Of a stretch of DNA of 64,000 nt, positions 40,777-50,559 are shown piece after piece; within the stretch, counting starts at the first letter, position 1; the number at the start of each line of letters is the position of its first letter. A program made the translations under genes and the position numbers. The DNA comes from Candidatus Xenobia bacterium. GTDB lineage: Bacteria > Vulcanimicrobiota > Xenobia > Xenobiales > QWHO01. The stretch lies in contig BTUM01000031.1 in assembly GCA_045863235.1 (NCBI GenBank), forward strand, positions 15,623 through 79,622. Direction: 5' to 3'. Under the pieces are notes generated by a model, which ran no database searches, had not been told where the DNA came from, and saw only the letters and a program-made list of their open reading frames with translations.

Positions 40777-41840
40777 GGGCTCTTGCGGGCCACGCGGCTG
40801 GACCCGAAGACGATCCAGTCAGGGGTCTCGACCACCGATCCCCCGACCGTTGGGGCGCGACCTCCGAGCAGGGCCGCCTTCAGGTGATCTTCGGTGAGGC
40901 CGCGCTGCAGCCAGCGTTGCTTGTCCTCCTCGAACCGGCGGCGCGACCAGTCGTCTTTTGCGTCCTGCTCTTTCTTGACCAGGCTGGTGGCTGCGCAGGT
41001 CAGAGCCTGCTCACGCTCCTCCTCGGTGTAAGGCAGCTTCTGGTCGAGCAGTCGCCCGATGGAGCCCAGCAGGCTATCCTGTGGGGTCTTGCGATAGCGC
41101 TCCACCGCCTGTCCCAACTCGCCGGGCGCGTAGATCACCCGGCGAGCGCGATTGACGTCCTCCAATCGCAGCTCCACCAATCCCTCCGCGATCAGGCCCT
41201 TGACGGCCTCGGCCAGAGGGGACGGCGTCTGGCTCTGGAACTCGAGAAAGGCCTTCAGGTCCGGAAAGAGGCCTTCCAGCTCGCGTGGGAGAGCCCGGGT
41301 GAGAGCCTCGGCAGCGGCCTGGCGCACCTCGTCGTCCGAGCCGGACGCAGTGGGTTTACGTCGGGAGGCCGACCGAATCACCTTTTCGTCCACCTGCTCC
41401 TGAGTCAGAAATCCGTGGCGCACGGCCGAATGCAGTCGTCCGGCCGGGTCGTCCACCCCGTAGCCAGTGTGCCGGCAGGCGGGGTAGACCGCCTTGAAGG
41501 CCCTGGAGCCTAGCCGGGCCAGGGGCTGACGCTCGAGCATGACCTCCACCTGGGCCTTCACGTTCTCGCGGTTGAGCGCCCCGGCCCCGCGCAACTGGGC
41601 CAGCTCGGTGGAGATCTGGCCCATCCGCTCGGACATGCGCCGCGAGGTAGCACGCTCCTCGGCGCTCTGAAAATCGGCCGCCTCGCAATACATATAGGTG
41701 CCGTAGCACTGCTGCAGCTCGGCCTCCAGCTCGCGAATGCGGTTGGCACTGGTTTCGACCGGCGCCTCGGCCTTCGGCTCGGACTTGCGTCGGGCGGCCA
41801 CCTGAGGCAGGGTCGGCTGGAACGGCTGGATGGGGTTCAC
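40773..41840 (-). CDS. hypothetical helical protein with conserved C-terminal motif
   Basis: 355-aa ORF; ends SVVETPDWIVFGSSRVARKSP; ATGA overlap with downstream gene. Confidence 0.75.
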   Translation of the reverse strand: MNPIQPFQPTLPQVAARRKSEPKAEAPVETSANRIRELEAELQQCYGTYMYCEAADFQSAEERATSRRMSERMGQISTELAQLRGAGALNRENVKAQVEVMLERQPLARLGSRAFKAVYPACRHTGYGVDDPAGRLHSAVRHGFLTQEQVDEKVIRSASRRKPTASGSDDEVRQAAAEALTRALPRELEGLFPDLKAFLEFQSQTPSPLAEAVKGLIAEGLVELRLEDVNRARRVIYAPGELGQAVERYRKTPQDSLLGSIGRLLDQKLPYTEEEREQALTCAATSLVKKEQDAKDDWSRRRFEEDKQRWLQRGLTEDHLKAALLGGRAPTVGGSVVETPDWIVFGSSRVARKSP

Positions 41841-41924
41841 CTGAGCAGGATATCACTTCAGGGGCCTTTCAGGGAAGACGCTTAGACTTCTCGGTATGAA
41901 ACTTGCCCCGGTCGGCGACGCTCT

Positions 41925-44366
41925 GTGATCTCTGCCCTGAGGGGACTGTTCGCCCGGCCCGACCAGAAGCGGGCCCGGCAGGCTCTGGCGGGCGAGGGCC
42001 CCCTGAGCGACCGCTTTGAGAAGGTGCACAGCCAGGCCGAGAAGCCCGAGGCTCGAGCCATCCTGGAGCTGACCCGGCAGGCTTCCGAGCAGGCCAGCGG
42101 GGTCCATCGCGAGGCCCTGCTGCGCACCGGTCTCGAGAGCCTGGTGCAGAGCGTGGACGCAAGCGGAGGGGCCCTGGCCGGACTCGGAGCCCGCCTGCTG
42201 ACCTCGGTTTCCGAGCCCACGGAACGAGTCCGGGTGGCCCGCGCAGTGCTCGATCACCTGGGAGAGAATGCCCCCGAGGATGAAACACGCGAGTCAGCCC
42301 GCTTTCTGCGCGCAGTGACCGCGGGGGCCCACTACCTCAACAGCCAGAGCGCCGGCGCCCGGGCCGGGCTGGAGAGCCTGGCCGCCGGGGGCTCACTGCC
42401 CGTGCAGGCCCTGGCTGCGGCGGCAGAAGGCTTGCAGGGCGAAGGGCGGGACGATGCGGCGGCCATGCGGCGCAAGGCGGTCGAGCTCTTGTCCGGGCAG
42501 GATCCACTGGCCCGCATGGGCCACCTGGCCCTGGACAAGATGCGCTTCTCGGATACCAGCTCCCGCCTGGTGGAGCGCACCCTGGAGCTGGAGGGGACCG
42601 AGCTCCCCGAGGCGGCTCTGGCCCTGCTCGACTGCGCATACGTGGGAAAGGACTCGCAGGGCAACTGGGCCGACGAAAGGAGCCCCGTGGCCCGGGTGCT
42701 GCTGGCCGAGCTGGGAGGCCCGCTGGCAGATTCCGCCCGAGCCCTGCTGGACGCCTCCAGCTATTCGGCCAGCAATGAGGCCATTGCCAGGGCGCTGATC
42801 CCCGCTGCCCCGGGAGTCACGGAAAGCCAGCAGGCGGGCATGTTCCTGACAGCCCTGCAGGGAGCCCTGGCCGCCAAGAATACCGAGGGCACCTACAAGG
42901 ACGACAGGACCCCGGTAGCCCGCCAGGCGGCCCAGCACTTCCAGGCCAGCGCCGATCCGGCCGTGGCTCGACTGGCTCGCATGGCTTCGGCAGCCCTCGA
43001 GGGGCGCAAGTTCACTTCCAGCAACGTGGCCATCGGAGAGGTCTTCCTGAGGGCGCTCCAGGGCGGCTCGAAGGACCCCTACCCGGTGGCGGCTGCGATG
43101 ATCGAGGGGTGCACCAGCGCCGATAACAGCGAAGGAACCTGGCAGCCCGACCGGGCCACGGTGGCCCGACAGCTGGTGACCGCCCTCAAGAGCCAGGAGA
43201 CCGATCCCGGCAGGCTGCGTCTGCTGGGCATGGCCGAGGCGGCCATGGGAGAATCGCTCGGTTTCGCCACCACCACCGAGCAGGTCGCTCTGCAGGCCTT
43301 CCGGGGCATCGGTTCGACCCGCGACTCCGACCTGGGTCGGTTGGCCCGCGTCATGGTGGAGAATTCCCAGGCCGGGCGGACCACCGAGCAGGCCTACAAG
43401 GACGACAAGACCGTGGTCGGACTTCGTTGCGCCGCCTACCTGGCAGCTCATGGCGAGCAACCCTCCACGCGCGACTGGGCCAGCTTCCTGCAGCTCTCGC
43501 TCGACCGCATGACCTTCACCACGACCGGTGAAGGCGTGGCCAGCGTGGTCTTCGCGGCCATCGCCGCCGGCAAGCCGTCCGACCCCGCTTCGCTGGCCAG
43601 GGCGGCCCGCCAGATGGTGCAGGAAAGCTATGCCGGCAAGACTTCCGACGGTCGCTACGAGGATGACAAGGCGAAGGTGGCCCGCAACGCCGTCGATCAC
43701 CTGGTCACACTCCAACCCGAGCCGGCCAGCCTGATGCTGCAGGCCTGCCTGCAAGATGCGCACTACTCCACGTCCATCGCCTCCCTGGCCGATACTGGCC
43801 TGGCAGCCCTGGCCTCGGGCAAGAGATCGCCGGCCGAGCTGGCCTCGCTGGGCAAGCAACTGATCGCCTGCGGCGAGGTCACCAGTGCCAAGCAAGACCG
43901 GGGGCCGCTGGCGATGGCCGTGTTCCGAGCCCTGGCCGAGCACGAGCAAGATGACTCCCTGTGGGCTGCTCATGGCATGATGAATACCTCAGTCGACTTC
44001 CGGGTGCGCCAGGCGGTGGCCGGGATGATCCTGGACGCCTGGGCATCGGGACGGCTCGAGACGTTTCTGGAGAGAGAGCTGGCCCAGGCAGCCCCCCACC
44101 CGGGCAACCATTCCATGATGCTCCAGGGGGCCTTGCGAGCCGTGGCCGCCACCCGGGGCGAGGCGGCGGTGCAGGCGGCCGAGCAGGCCATCGCCCGGGC
44201 CGGCGACAGCCCTCAGGCGCTGTTCGAGGCTCTCAAGAATCTGCCCGACGTCCGCCGCGAGGTGAAGAATCTGCTCGCCGCCGTTGCGGAGAAGAAGGGC
44301 GGAGCCGTCGAGGAGCGCGCTCAGTATGTGCTGGTGGGCGGGGTACGCATCCGCAAGGCCGCTTAA
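41925..44366 (+). CDS. alpha-helical repeat protein (~80-aa units) with conserved C-terminal motif
   Basis: 813 aa; repeated K[DNT][ST].G.[YW]..D[RK]..VAR; ends AVEERAQYVLVGGVRIRKAA. Confidence 0.85.
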   Translation: MISALRGLFARPDQKRARQALAGEGPLSDRFEKVHSQAEKPEARAILELTRQASEQASGVHREALLRTGLESLVQSVDASGGALAGLGARLLTSVSEPTERVRVARAVLDHLGENAPEDETRESARFLRAVTAGAHYLNSQSAGARAGLESLAAGGSLPVQALAAAAEGLQGEGRDDAAAMRRKAVELLSGQDPLARMGHLALDKMRFSDTSSRLVERTLELEGTELPEAALALLDCAYVGKDSQGNWADERSPVARVLLAELGGPLADSARALLDASSYSASNEAIARALIPAAPGVTESQQAGMFLTALQGALAAKNTEGTYKDDRTPVARQAAQHFQASADPAVARLARMASAALEGRKFTSSNVAIGEVFLRALQGGSKDPYPVAAAMIEGCTSADNSEGTWQPDRATVARQLVTALKSQETDPGRLRLLGMAEAAMGESLGFATTTEQVALQAFRGIGSTRDSDLGRLARVMVENSQAGRTTEQAYKDDKTVVGLRCAAYLAAHGEQPSTRDWASFLQLSLDRMTFTTTGEGVASVVFAAIAAGKPSDPASLARAARQMVQESYAGKTSDGRYEDDKAKVARNAVDHLVTLQPEPASLMLQACLQDAHYSTSIASLADTGLAALASGKRSPAELASLGKQLIACGEVTSAKQDRGPLAMAVFRALAEHEQDDSLWAAHGMMNTSVDFRVRQAVAGMILDAWASGRLETFLERELAQAAPHPGNHSMMLQGALRAVAATRGEAAVQAAEQAIARAGDSPQALFEALKNLPDVRREVKNLLAAVAEKKGGAVEERAQYVLVGGVRIRKAA

Positions 44367-45184
44367 GCCCTGACCATTCGTGAAGCGCGCCACTCGAGCA
44401 GCCTGTGCACCGGCTCGAGCGGGAAGGGCCAGCCCAGCATCAAGATGATGTGCTCGGCTCCGGCCGCCACATAGTCGTCGAGCTTGTCGAGGTCGTCGGG
44501 TCGCATGATGCCGACCGTGCGCTCGACCTCCTTCGGGTTGCGGCCCACTTCGGCGCACCACTGGTCCAGGATCTTGTTCTTGTGAGCGAAGTTCTCGGGC
44601 GGCCCGAAGCCGTTCCAGAGGTGGGCGTGTTTGGCCACCAGCTTGAGGGTCATCTTCTCGCCTCCGCCTCCGATCATGATCGGCAGCGGATTGCGGATGG
44701 GCCTGGGAGTGAGGCGCTTGAGGCGCTCCTCGATGATGGGCAGGTTCTCTCCCAACTGCTTGAGTCGTCCAACCGCGGTGCCGAACTCGTAGCCATATTC
44801 ATTGTAGTCGCGCTCGAACCAGCCCGAGCCGATGCCCAGGATCAATCTTCCATTGCTCACATGGTCGACCGTGCGAGCCATATCGGCCACCAGGTGGGGA
44901 TTGCGATAGCTGTTGCAGCCGACCAGCAGGCCGATCTCGGCCTTCGCCGTGCGGCAGGCCATGGCCGTCAGCAACGTCCAGGCCTCGAAGTGATCGCCCC
45001 GGCGAGGAGACTCCACCGGGGGCACGTCGGCCATGGGCGCTCCCTCCTCGCCGTAGAGAGGGTAGAAGTGGTCCCAGGTCCAGAGCGTGTCTACCCCCAG
45101 CCGGTCGCATCCCTCCACGGCCTCAATGAACTCGGGATAGGTGCAGTGCTGCGGGTGCAGCTGAACTCCGACGCGAATCGCCAT
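44363..45184 (-). CDS. LLM class (putative F420-dependent) oxidoreductase
   Basis: WTWDHFYPL, NSYRNP, GIGSGWFERDY, IGGGGEK. Confidence 0.92.
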   Translation of the reverse strand: MAIRVGVQLHPQHCTYPEFIEAVEGCDRLGVDTLWTWDHFYPLYGEEGAPMADVPPVESPRRGDHFEAWTLLTAMACRTAKAEIGLLVGCNSYRNPHLVADMARTVDHVSNGRLILGIGSGWFERDYNEYGYEFGTAVGRLKQLGENLPIIEERLKRLTPRPIRNPLPIMIGGGGEKMTLKLVAKHAHLWNGFGPPENFAHKNKILDQWCAEVGRNPKEVERTVGIMRPDDLDKLDDYVAAGAEHIILMLGWPFPLEPVHRLLEWRASRMVRA

Positions 45185-45242
45185 GTGGACAGCCTCCAGT
45201 AGAAGATCCCCCGGGCCAGCTTCTTGCTTGCCCTGAACTCCC

Positions 45243-46247
45243 CTACTCGAGCACGATCTTCTGCAGCGTACCGTTTCTGCTCATGGCGTAGAGGCTGCCA
45301 TCGGGAGCCTGGGTCAGATCGGCCGGCTGGATGGGCAGCTTCTGCAGCGTGCTGCCCGTAAGGGCATCCAAAGCCTCCAGCGACTCGGGATGCTGCACGA
45401 ACACGGTGCCATCGGGATGCACGAAGCAGCCCAGCACCTGGGCGCCGGTATCGAGCTTCCAGGTCTCGCGGCCCTCGGAATCGAGCAGCGCCACATGGCC
45501 ACGCTGGGTGGAAACAACCACCTGACCGGCCGGCCCGACATCCGGCCGATTGTTGTAGGTTTCGCCCGTCTCATACTGCCACTTCAGCTCGCCCGTCTTG
45601 CCGTCGAAAGCAGACAGCATCCCGTTGTAGCCGGTGCTGTAAACGGTGCCTTCCACTCCCATCTGAGGAGCATGTCGGGGGCCGCCCGTGTCAGCGGGAG
45701 CCTTCCAGCGCGTCTGGCCCTGGCTGTCCAGGCTGACAATCTGTCCGGTGCCGCTGTAACGCCCGGTGAGCACCAACCAGCCATCCGGCCCGGGGCTGAT
45801 GCAGCGAGCATCCGGCAGGGTGATGCTGAAGGGAACTTCCAGTCCCGCTGGCCCGCCCTCGCTCAGAGCTGCCAGTCCACGCTCGGTGGCCACCACCGCC
45901 TGCTCTCCATTGTAACCCTCGGCGGTTGGGCGCAGCCCGGCGTGAAAACCCCACTTGCGCTCGCCCGAGCTGGCATCCACTCCCATCAACTGGCCGTCCA
46001 CCCCTTTCATGACGGCAGTGGAGCCCATGCTGCCCTGCAACGTGCCCGTCCAGGTGTGCGCGGTGGAGAGTCGGCGGCCGCTGGCTGCGGAGAACCGGTG
46101 CAACTCGGAGCGCTTGTCGGGCGTCTGGGTGCCTACGTAAACCTCGTCCCCCGCCACCACGGCCTTGCTTGGCTGTGGCCCCACCTCGGCTTTCCAATCC
46201 AGGCGCGCCAGAGCGGCGGCGCTGGGCAGAGAAGCGATGTTGAGCAT
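45243..46247 (-). CDS. PQQ-binding-like beta-propeller protein without signal peptide
   Basis: A.D..TGE.KW blade repeats; GGAGG before ATG 46247. Confidence 0.8.
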   Translation of the reverse strand: MLNIASLPSAAALARLDWKAEVGPQPSKAVVAGDEVYVGTQTPDKRSELHRFSAASGRRLSTAHTWTGTLQGSMGSTAVMKGVDGQLMGVDASSGERKWGFHAGLRPTAEGYNGEQAVVATERGLAALSEGGPAGLEVPFSITLPDARCISPGPDGWLVLTGRYSGTGQIVSLDSQGQTRWKAPADTGGPRHAPQMGVEGTVYSTGYNGMLSAFDGKTGELKWQYETGETYNNRPDVGPAGQVVVSTQRGHVALLDSEGRETWKLDTGAQVLGCFVHPDGTVFVQHPESLEALDALTGSTLQKLPIQPADLTQAPDGSLYAMSRNGTLQKIVLE

Positions 46248-46331
46248 GCAGGTCCTCCGGATTCTTGGTCTCGGGCCAACCATACCGGGGGGGTCTGAAA
46301 AATTTCAGACCGGCCGGCTATCTTCACAGGG

Positions 46332-47297
46332 ATGAAGGTCGCCGTCCCTGTCCTGGCACTCTCCATGCTCGGCTTCTGCGCGGGGCCCCATCCCCAGCCA
46401 ACTCTCACGGTATACGACGACTTCGTGCGCGCCGAGGAGCCGGGGGTCACCACCCACGGAGAGCTGGTGGAAGGCGTACTGGTTCGGCTGGGAATGCAAC
46501 CCGGGGAGATCGGCCGCGTACAGGTCTCGCTGCGAAGCGGACAGGAAAGCCTCGAGCAGGGGCTGGATCCTTACATCCGCAACCGCTTCCTCACGCCCAT
46601 GCAGGCCACGGCCGAGCAGTTGCAGGAGCAGTCGGCGGGAGTGGTGAGCCAGTCGCAGGGGGCCTCCGACTCGAGGGTGGTCGAGGCCCTGGTGGGCCGC
46701 GCCGACTGGCGAGCGACCCTGGAGCGCGAGCTGGGCCTGACGGCGGGGACAGACGAGAAGAGCTTCCTCCAGGCCCTGGTGGACCGGGTCAGCCGGGTGC
46801 GCCGCACCGACCCCCAGATTCAGGCCGCCCGGAGCGAATTGCTGGCGGCCGGCCGGAAGGCCAGCGAGAACGGCGTGGCCCGGTTCGTCTCGGCGGGCAA
46901 CAATGGGGAGCTCTCGCGCACCCTGGAGCGGCTCGGTGTAAAGGTCGATGCGAACTTTTACAGCAACTGGCTGGCCGACCCTCACGCCACCGTGGTGGGG
47001 GCCTCGGACGACGGAGGCGTGGTAGCTGAGCTGGCCTCCCCCGACGCCGGAGCCTGGCTGGCGGCAGACGGGGTCAACGTCCCGCTGGTGATCGATGGGC
47101 GACTGGAGGAACACTCCGGTTCCTCCTACGCAACCCCCCAGGTGGCCCGGGTGGGCCATCAGGGCTGGCTGGCCGGCGTGCCTTCCGCCGACCTGGGCGA
47201 GCGGCTGGCCGAGAGCGCCGACCCGGTGCCGGGCGGCGAGAGCTGGGTGGGAGCAGGCATCCTGTCCGAGGAAGGCTTCTGGAACCGGGTGCGGTAG
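46332..47297 (+). CDS. compact S8-like (subtilase) serine peptidase
   Basis: YDDF, THGELV, SAGNNG, SGSSYATPQVA triad order. Confidence 0.7.
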   Translation: MKVAVPVLALSMLGFCAGPHPQPTLTVYDDFVRAEEPGVTTHGELVEGVLVRLGMQPGEIGRVQVSLRSGQESLEQGLDPYIRNRFLTPMQATAEQLQEQSAGVVSQSQGASDSRVVEALVGRADWRATLERELGLTAGTDEKSFLQALVDRVSRVRRTDPQIQAARSELLAAGRKASENGVARFVSAGNNGELSRTLERLGVKVDANFYSNWLADPHATVVGASDDGGVVAELASPDAGAWLAADGVNVPLVIDGRLEEHSGSSYATPQVARVGHQGWLAGVPSADLGERLAESADPVPGGESWVGAGILSEEGFWNRVR

Positions 47298-47305
47298 CCA
47301 GACCG

Positions 47306-47417
47306 CTAAGGCGCCGCGCGTTGAACACTTCAGGAATTGGCGCGGCGCCGTTTCAATAGATTGTCTACACTCCCGCGCGTTCCAATTCTGAACAGATCAA
47401 GGCGCGGGAGTGTAGAA
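47306..47417 (-). repeat. dispersed palindromic (REP-like) element, copy 2 with an extra hairpin
   Basis: Reverse complement matches 12988-13064; additional ggcgccgcgc...gcgcggcgcc hairpin at 47310-47349. Confidence 0.85.
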
Positions 47418-47442
47418 GTCCAGCCGCAAACCCATTTGGCGC

Positions 47443-49101
47443 TTAGATCGAGACTTCGTCGCGCTCTCCCCCGCCGCCAGCGCCACTCTTTTGAGCGCGC
47501 ACCAGCGTGTAGTAGAGCGTCTCCTTCCCCTCGGGGCGGATCTCGAGGCGGGCCTCGGGGCCCTCCCAGCGGACCGAGGTGGCCTCGGGGCTGCCGTTGA
47601 CCTCCACCTCGGGCTCAGGCACCACCGACAGGCTCCCGAAGCGCTGGCGCAGGCGGGCAAGCTCCAGGCCGTTGGGGCTGCAGATCAGGTAGCTGCCGGC
47701 CAGGTAGGGCAGGCTCAGCTCCTCATCCTCTCCCGGACCCTCCAGGCGATAGGCTGACCTGAGCCCGAAGGCGGCCCAGGCCACCAGCAGCGCGACGGCC
47801 AGCCCTCCCAGGCCGAGCAGGCCGAGCATGATGGCCCCCAGCGGGTTCGCGCGGGTGCGCACGATCAGCTTGCGCTGAAAGGAGATGCTGCGCTGGTTGT
47901 CCTGTTGATCCCCCCCCTGGTAGACCATCAGCTCCTCGATGGCAGCCAGGTTGGGCACGTGGGCCACCCGCTCGGTCATCTCGGGAGAGAGGGAGGGGCG
48001 CAGGTCCCCCTCCTCCACCCCTTCGCGCGACAGCTCGATGGTAGCTCGCAGCTTGACCTGGCCTTCGATGTCCTGGAGATAGCTGGCGAACAGGTCGCTC
48101 AGGAAGGGGCGCTCGAGCTTGAGGGGGGTCTCGCGGGCCTGCAGGTCGATGAGGAAGAAGTCGGCGCTCTCCTGGCCGGCGTCCACGGTCAGCTTCTGGG
48201 GGGTAACCTTCTTGCTGAACTTCTGCTCGCCGGCCTCGGGGTAGCTGTCGGGGATGGTCAGCTCGACCTCGGCGTCCTCCATCGTGGCATCCACGATCTT
48301 CCAGCCCTTGAGGTGGGAGCGAACCCGAAACTTGAGCTGGCCGGCCAGCTCGTCTCCCTCTTCGAAATTGAGCACCGTGGTGCCGCCCTCTTCCTCCACC
48401 TGGTGCTCGCCGAAGGGAGTCTGGACCTGCAGCTCTTTGCCGAAGTCGAGCACCGAGCGACCCGGGTCGCTGTACAGAGGACGAAACAGCACCCCCTCGT
48501 AGCCAGTCTTGCGCTTGACCTCGCTGGCCAGCTCGTCCACCCAGCCCGCGTCTGGCTCAGCCTTGACCAGCAGGTACATCACCAGGGCCTCACCCTGATG
48601 GTCGGTGCGGGCGAGCGGAAAAAAGTAGACGTGGGTGAAGGCCGGATCGCCGGCCAGGCGCTCGTAGAACTGACGATCGCTGCGGTTGCCGGCCAGATTG
48701 TTCTCGTTATCGGTGAGGATCCAGGTCAGCACCACATCGGATCGATTCTGCTCCAGGGCCAGATCAAGACAGCGGTTCATGTCGGTGGCCCCACCGCCGG
48801 GAACGGGGAGTAGAGCCGGGTCGAACGACGACAGGGGCGCCGAAGGAAGCGCCGCCCGCCCTTCGCGGGCATCGGTCGCGGCGTCGGAGAAGGGCACGAT
48901 GGTCAGGGAGTCCGAAGCGGCGAAGCGCTCGCCACCCGGCGCAAACAGCTTCTGCACCAGCTCGCGCACGGTCGGGCCCCATCCCTCGCGGGTGGCGTAG
49001 CCCCGGTCGCGCATGCTCCCCGAGACGTCCAGCATCAAGACGTGCTGGGTCTCGGCGGCGACCGGCGCGAGCAGCAAGAAGAGCAGCAGAAGCAGCCTCA
49101 C
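47443..49101 (-). CDS. secreted vWA domain + TM + cytoplasmic FHA-like beta domain protein
   Basis: Signal peptide, LDVSGSM MIDAS, GATD, ILTD; TM near C-terminus; VEVNG in tail. Confidence 0.8.
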   Translation of the reverse strand: MRLLLLLFLLLAPVAAETQHVLMLDVSGSMRDRGYATREGWGPTVRELVQKLFAPGGERFAASDSLTIVPFSDAATDAREGRAALPSAPLSSFDPALLPVPGGGATDMNRCLDLALEQNRSDVVLTWILTDNENNLAGNRSDRQFYERLAGDPAFTHVYFFPLARTDHQGEALVMYLLVKAEPDAGWVDELASEVKRKTGYEGVLFRPLYSDPGRSVLDFGKELQVQTPFGEHQVEEEGGTTVLNFEEGDELAGQLKFRVRSHLKGWKIVDATMEDAEVELTIPDSYPEAGEQKFSKKVTPQKLTVDAGQESADFFLIDLQARETPLKLERPFLSDLFASYLQDIEGQVKLRATIELSREGVEEGDLRPSLSPEMTERVAHVPNLAAIEELMVYQGGDQQDNQRSISFQRKLIVRTRANPLGAIMLGLLGLGGLAVALLVAWAAFGLRSAYRLEGPGEDEELSLPYLAGSYLICSPNGLELARLRQRFGSLSVVPEPEVEVNGSPEATSVRWEGPEARLEIRPEGKETLYYTLVRAQKSGAGGGGERDEVSI

Positions 49102-49129
49102 CAGCGGCGGTTTCGCGCCCGGGCCGGGC

Positions 49130-50410
49130 TCAGACCTGCAAAGGCAGGGCCGCCACGCCGCCCCAGGCGTCGGACACGAACAGGTGGGTGCTCGTCAGCA
49201 CGGGTGAGACCCCCCCGGGCTCGGGGGGCGACAGCACCTTGCGCGAAGCCAGCACCTGGAAGTGATCCGGGCTCAACTCGAGGAGATATGCGGTTCCATC
49301 GGCTGCCGCCACCAGGGCCCGGTTGCCCACCACCAGGGGCTCGCTGGTGCAGTGCTGGGGGATCTGCTGGTGGGAAACGCGGCCCGAGTGCAGGTTCACC
49401 CGTCGCAGCATGCGCCCGTGGCAGGAGACCACGTCCTCTTGTGAGGCCCCCAGAGCGAACAGGGGCTGGGGGCTCGGCTCGCAGATGGCCAGCGGGGCAC
49501 CACCGGCCGGGTCGAGGCGATAGAGAGCCCCGTCGCTGGCCGCCACCAGCGCGAAATCGGTGCGCCCCAGCAGCGGGCACGGGGCCAGGGGGGTGGGAAG
49601 CCGCGCTTCGCCCAGCGAGCGACCATCGGGGATGTGATAGCTGAACAGGCTCCCCCCGCCCTCGGCGGCCAGCAGGTGATCGCCCACGATGGCCAGGGCA
49701 AGAAAGGCGTGCTCGGGGTGGAGGCGGCCGGGCGAGCGCTTCCAGAGCAACTGCAGGCCCTGACGGGTCAACTCGAAGACGTGCAGCCAGGCCGAGTCCT
49801 CCGAGCTGGTGGCCAGGGCGGCGTAGCGACGGCCGTCCGAGGCCACGTGCGAGCATACGTTTCCTTGCAGCTCGATGACCCGCTTGCGGGTGCCCGAGCC
49901 GGGACTGACCTCTAACAGATCCACCAGATCGGCCGCGTAGAGACGGTCCTGGGCGGCCACCAGCAAGAGCTCGTCGAGCAGGGCCGGCGAGGCCACCACC
50001 TCGGTGACTCCCGGTAGGGGTTTGGAATGGAGCGGGGCCGGGCCCGTGGGGGCGGCGAAGATCTCCACCCGTCCCTGGCGGTCCAGGCGAACCATGAGCT
50101 CTGAGGTCACCAGAGGAGAACCGGCCACGGGCTGGCTTTGAGAAGACTGGTAGACCCAGGCGGCGGGTAGATCCGAGTCGAGCGCCAGGCTCGCTCGCAG
50201 GGCCGGCGCCCCGCTCTGTCCACCGCGCGTGCTCCAGCCCCGGGATTGGAGGGCGCTGCCGCAGTGACGGCAGTAGCGAGCCAGCACCCGATTGGGGGTG
50301 TGGCAGTGGGCGCACGACACCAGGGGACGACCGCACTCGGAGCAGCGACCCTGGGCGGGGTCGGCCAGGGGATGCTCCTCGCGGGCCAGATAAGGACACT
50401 CGCCGGACAC
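49130..50410 (-). CDS. double zinc ribbon + PQQ-like beta-propeller protein
   Basis: CSECG, CAHC, YCRHCG; ASPAL, DGALYRLD blades; GTG 50410 start inferred. Confidence 0.8.
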   Translation of the reverse strand: MSGECPYLAREEHPLADPAQGRCSECGRPLVSCAHCHTPNRVLARYCRHCGSALQSRGWSTRGGQSGAPALRASLALDSDLPAAWVYQSSQSQPVAGSPLVTSELMVRLDRQGRVEIFAAPTGPAPLHSKPLPGVTEVVASPALLDELLLVAAQDRLYAADLVDLLEVSPGSGTRKRVIELQGNVCSHVASDGRRYAALATSSEDSAWLHVFELTRQGLQLLWKRSPGRLHPEHAFLALAIVGDHLLAAEGGGSLFSYHIPDGRSLGEARLPTPLAPCPLLGRTDFALVAASDGALYRLDPAGGAPLAICEPSPQPLFALGASQEDVVSCHGRMLRRVNLHSGRVSHQQIPQHCTSEPLVVGNRALVAAADGTAYLLELSPDHFQVLASRKVLSPPEPGGVSPVLTSTHLFVSDAWGGVAALPLQV

Positions 50411-50559
50411 GACTGGCCCATTCTGCCGCGCGGGAACAAATCCCGCCCGAGTGCGACAGAGCAAGGAAATTCGGAGGTTCGGGGAGGTTTGCAGGACCTG
50501 GGGTAGAACCTCTGGATCAGGGGAGAGTCTGAGATTTGCGGCGTGCGAGGCGGTAGACG

